A program made the position numbers and the translations under genes. Below, piece by piece: positions 60,880 to 64,000 of a stretch of DNA of 64,000 nt. The DNA comes from a virus. Under the pieces are notes generated by a model that was not told the DNA's origin, did not search any database, and saw only the letters and a list, made by a program, of their open reading frames with translations. Location of the stretch: positions 1 through 64,000 of IMG/VR virus record IMGVR_UViG_3300032285_003395; one strand, given 5' to 3'. The first letter of the stretch is position 1. Each line of letters opens with the position of its first letter.

Positions 60880-61920
60880 TTATAAATTTATAATCTTTAT
60901 TTGTTTAAAATTCTCCATGCCATTTAATACCCATTTTTCTTCTATTGTATCTTTTGCTACAATAAAATAAATTTTTGATAAATCATTTATAGTTAATCTT
61001 AAAAATCTACCTATTAATTGATGTTTTGAAGATGTTGAACTATCAATACCTAAAACAAATCCACATTTTAAATTTGGAATACTAACAGATTCTTTTAAAA
61101 TACCAACATTAACTAACTTACCATCAATTGAATTATAAAAATTATCATAGATTAAATCTTTTTTATCTTTAGTTAAAGAAGAGTTAAATACAGGTAAATC
61201 AAATAATTTACTTTGTTCAATAGAACCTGCATAAATTAATATTTTATGATCTTTTAAATTTTTATTTATTAGATTATTAGTTATATCAACTTTACTAGAT
61301 AAATTATTTAAAAATATTTTTAATCTATTTAATTCTGGGCAATAATGTTTTACCATTGGAGCATTAAAATATCTTTTATAATAATAATCATATAATGCTT
61401 TTTCATCATCTGGTAAATTATATTTTAAAATATACATTTCAAAATTATTTAACATTTTTTCTTCAATAGCATCTTGCATTAAATATTTATAAGAGATGGG
61501 TAAAATACTGTAAATAGGATGATTAGAAAGAGGTGTTCCTGTTAAACCAATAATTTCTATTTTTGGATTAATTTTTATTAGTTTTAATAACTCAGTATAC
61601 ACTCTGTCTGTCTCCTTATGAGCTTCATCATAAATAACTAAATCATAATGTTTAATATAATTATGTAATGATTTATTACAAATCATATCAATATTATTAT
61701 CACTACAATTCCATTTATTTAATTCTGACCTGAAGTTTCTTGAATAAACTTCTCTAGCACCTGTAAATAAAATTTTAGCTGAGGGATTTAACTCCCTCAA
61801 ACTAAAAATTCTATCTATTGCTATTTTGGTTTTGCCCATACCTACTGATAATCCAATAATAGATTTACAGTTATGCTCAATATGAGCTTTAATTGCTTCA
61901 GATTGTATTTTACTTTTCAT
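60880..61920 (-). CDS. superfamily 2 (DEAH) helicase
   Basis: VGMGKT, DEAH, LTGT and QLIGRFLR. Confidence 0.88.
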   Translation of the reverse strand: MKSKIQSEAIKAHIEHNCKSIIGLSVGMGKTKIAIDRIFSLRELNPSAKILFTGAREVYSRNFRSELNKWNCSDNNIDMICNKSLHNYIKHYDLVIYDEAHKETDRVYTELLKLIKINPKIEIIGLTGTPLSNHPIYSILPISYKYLMQDAIEEKMLNNFEMYILKYNLPDDEKALYDYYYKRYFNAPMVKHYCPELNRLKIFLNNLSSKVDITNNLINKNLKDHKILIYAGSIEQSKLFDLPVFNSSLTKDKKDLIYDNFYNSIDGKLVNVGILKESVSIPNLKCGFVLGIDSSTSSKHQLIGRFLRLTINDLSKIYFIVAKDTIEEKWVLNGMENFKQIKIINL

Positions 61921-62152
61921 TAGAAATAAAATAATTACAATCTTGTTCTGGAGTACTTGTTAAATTTCCACAAAAAGGTACATATAATGTATCTTGAAGT
62001 GGTGCATCTTTTTCTAGTAAATAAGCTATTAGTCTTTTACACTTACTAGCTGCAGGACATTCTACACAAGTACATCTTGAAATAGTATTAAATAGTATTG
62101 AAGAGATTACTTCTCCTTCACCTCCCTCAGGACATTTGTCAATTGTTTTCAT
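61910..62152 (-). CDS. small Cys-rich protein
   Basis: ISRCTCVECPAASKCKR...C...CNYF. Confidence 0.55.
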   Translation of the reverse strand: MKTIDKCPEGGEGEVISSILFNTISRCTCVECPAASKCKRLIAYLLEKDAPLQDTLYVPFCGNLTSTPEQDCNYFISNEK

Positions 62153-62444
62153 TTTCTATAACTTTTAAAATTAATGATCTGTGAACAAATTTTAATTGAT
62201 TAAATAATACACTTAAAGGCATCTCTTCAAACTCTAAATTAAGTTCTAATAGTTTAACTAAAGAATAAGCTTGACTTAATTTTTTTGTTAAAATAAATGT
62301 ATCAAATAATTTAGGTGGAGTTTGATTTGATAAAATTAAAATATGAGCATTATTGTTTTCATATTTTAATAATTCAGCATCAGATTTAATCTCTATAATA
62401 TTTAATTTATTTGCATTAAAGTATAGTTCTACTAAAAAATACAT
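62139..62444 (-). CDS. hypothetical protein
   Basis: 101-aa ORF. Confidence 0.5.
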   Translation of the reverse strand: MYFLVELYFNANKLNIIEIKSDAELLKYENNNAHILILSNQTPPKLFDTFILTKKLSQAYSLVKLLELNLEFEEMPLSVLFNQLKFVHRSLILKVIENENN

Positions 62445-62446
62445 AA

Positions 62447-62665
62447 TTATAGTTTTAAACCTAGATTAACTATTCCATAAACTGCTAAAAATTTTATATC
62501 ATTATTAGAAATATTTCTAAAATGTTTTTTAGGTGCAGGTGTTGGTATTTCTGTAATTTGTAATTCACATCTAGCTTTTACATAGTTAATTTTACGAGTA
62601 TCAGCATAACTTAGTATTTCTTTTGGGGTAATGTCTTTGTTTAATTTTTTTGAAAAGTAATTCAT
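62447..62665 (-). CDS. hypothetical protein
   Basis: 72-aa ORF. Confidence 0.55.
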   Translation of the reverse strand: MNYFSKKLNKDITPKEILSYADTRKINYVKARCELQITEIPTPAPKKHFRNISNNDIKFLAVYGIVNLGLKL

Positions 62666-62703
62666 GTTAATTAATTTTAATTGTTAGTAATAATTTTTAA
62701 TAA

Positions 62704-62973
62704 TTAGTTTTCTGATAAACAAACAAAATGTTTTTTATGGATTGTGTTAAACAATAAAATACATTTGTCTTTAGGTTTTACCATAGATGTTAAAGCATCA
62801 TATAATACTTTTGCATAAATTTTAGATTCTTTACTAGAGGAAAATAAATAGTTAATTTTACCACCAGGATTTTGTATAACTCCTGTACTAAATACTATCC
62901 ATTCTTCACCAGTCAAAGTTTCTTTTTCTGTTAAGGTAAACAAATCTTTACCTATTTCTTCAATAACATACAT
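62704..62973 (-). CDS. hypothetical protein (start likely MYVIEE at 62973)
   Basis: The shorter start avoids overlap with the transglycosylase gene. Confidence 0.5.
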   Translation of the reverse strand: MYVIEEIGKDLFTLTEKETLTGEEWIVFSTGVIQNPGGKINYLFSSSKESKIYAKVLYDALTSMVKPKDKCILLFNTIHKKHFVCLSEN

Positions 62974-62995
62974 AGTTAAATGGTTTAAGTTAAAA

Positions 62996-63631
62996 TTATT
63001 TATAATAAGGTAATGTGTAATTAATAACTCCTCCACAATATTCTTCATGGACTTTTTTCCAGTCATGGTATTTATCAAATAAATAATCTAAATAAATACA
63101 CATTACTTTGACTTGTTTATCTTCGTGGTTTCTACCAGAAGTATTTAGTCCACCTCTTTTACACATATTATTCCAGGTTAAATCTATAAATTGAAACATA
63201 CCTTTTGCAGAAGAGTTATTATTTTGTACTGTAGTTTTAAAGTTTGATTCTTTAAATGCAATATACCATACTAAGTTAGCAGGAACATGATGTAATTCAA
63301 TTACATGTTTATATTTAAAATATAAATAATGTAATCTTTTTTCTTGATCTTGAGTTAGTGTGATAGGTAAAGATTTTCTAAAGTCTGAGTATTCAGTAGC
63401 ACTATTTTGAGATTTAGTTTCTAAATAAAAAACATTAGTTTTTAACGTAGAGATTTCTTTTAGTTGTGAGTCAATGATATTATCTTGTTGTTGAGCATCT
63501 AATTTGTAATGGGTTATTAATATAATAATTAATATAATAGATCCTATAGTAGCTCTAAAAAATAAATTATATTTTTCTTGCTTTACTATATCTAATTCCC
63601 ATTCTAATTTTTCATGATTAAAAGTATACAT
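62996..63631 (-). CDS. membrane-anchored lytic transglycosylase (SLT domain)
   Basis: TM segment (TIGSIILIIILIT), coiled coil, IAFKESNF (catalytic Glu) and SSAKGMFQFI..TW. Confidence 0.8.
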   Translation of the reverse strand: MYTFNHEKLEWELDIVKQEKYNLFFRATIGSIILIIILITHYKLDAQQQDNIIDSQLKEISTLKTNVFYLETKSQNSATEYSDFRKSLPITLTQDQEKRLHYLYFKYKHVIELHHVPANLVWYIAFKESNFKTTVQNNNSSAKGMFQFIDLTWNNMCKRGGLNTSGRNHEDKQVKVMCIYLDYLFDKYHDWKKVHEEYCGGVINYTLPYYK

Positions 63632-63635
63632 AACT

Positions 63636-64000
63636 TTATTTTTTATTTTTTACAATTTCAATTAATTTTTTAAGACATTCAAATTCTGCTTCTTCATAGG
63701 ATTTATAAACTTGATACCCTATAGGTGGTAATTCATCATTCAACACTATAAAATTTTCTTGATTAATTTTATTACCATTAATCCCTCTAAAATGAACATA
63801 ATATCCATTATAAAATTCTGAACTTCTACTTATCCAATCAATACTGTAGGATATATTATACTTCTTTCTAAACCATCTAAATGCTTGTTGGTAGAGTGGA
63901 GAAATAACAAAATTTTTATTAGTTACAATAGTTCCAATTTCATTTCTCCCTTCAATAGTAAAAATCAATTTATTATTTTCAAATCTATCGTAAAATGCAA
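63636..64000 (-). CDS. hypothetical phage protein, 5' end outside the window
   Basis: Frame is open to the window edge; PLYQQAFRWFR and YEEAEFECLKKLIEI. Confidence 0.65.
   Translation of the reverse strand, partial: AFYDRFENNKLIFTIEGRNEIGTIVTNKNFVISPLYQQAFRWFRKKYNISYSIDWISRSSEFYNGYYVHFRGINGNKINQENFIVLNDELPPIGYQVYKSYEEAEFECLKKLIEIVKNKK

Noticed and set aside
1-64000. Stop-codon reassignment (TAG or TGA), known in some crAss-like phages
   Set aside because: Genes of more than 7 kb are intact under code 11 and coding density is high. TGA serves as a stop in ATGA overlaps. TAG was not seen at the gene ends I checked, but no gene needs readthrough.

Overview
A 64-kb segment of a very AT-rich lytic dsDNA phage genome (roughly 22-25% GC, estimated by eye) with crAss-like (Crassvirales-type) architecture. 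The host is probably in Bacteroidota: TAnnTTTG -7 promoter boxes are present and Shine-Dalgarno sequences are not apparent. Two arms converge at a terminator near 38.45 kb. The + arm (1-38.4 kb) carries late/virion genes: a DUF285/BspA-like repeat protein, a metallophosphoesterase, a ring protein, an IHF-like protein, tail tubular and tail stabilisation (muzzle) proteins, and cargo/ejection proteins. It also carries three giant virion proteins of about 2,300-2,500 aa; the middle one is a virion RNA polymerase with a DMDID active-site motif and is followed by a ferritin gene. The - arm (38.5-64 kb) carries nucleotide metabolism (ThyX, class II RNR, dUTPase) and replication genes (primase, SSB-like protein, AAA ATPase, DnaB, resolvase, family A polymerase, exonuclease, SF2 helicase). 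The most notable element is a compact peptide/amide-bond-forming cluster at 54.1-59.8 kb: two COOH-NH2 ligases, an ATP-grasp ligase, a class II glutamine amidotransferase and a gamma-glutamylcyclotransferase, with an unlisted 42-aa ORF inside it and a membrane-anchored lytic transglycosylase nearby. Other oddities are extreme CpG depletion, GG-delimited modular cargo proteins and a GC-rich double hairpin. All calls come from motif recognition by eye; no database searches were run.
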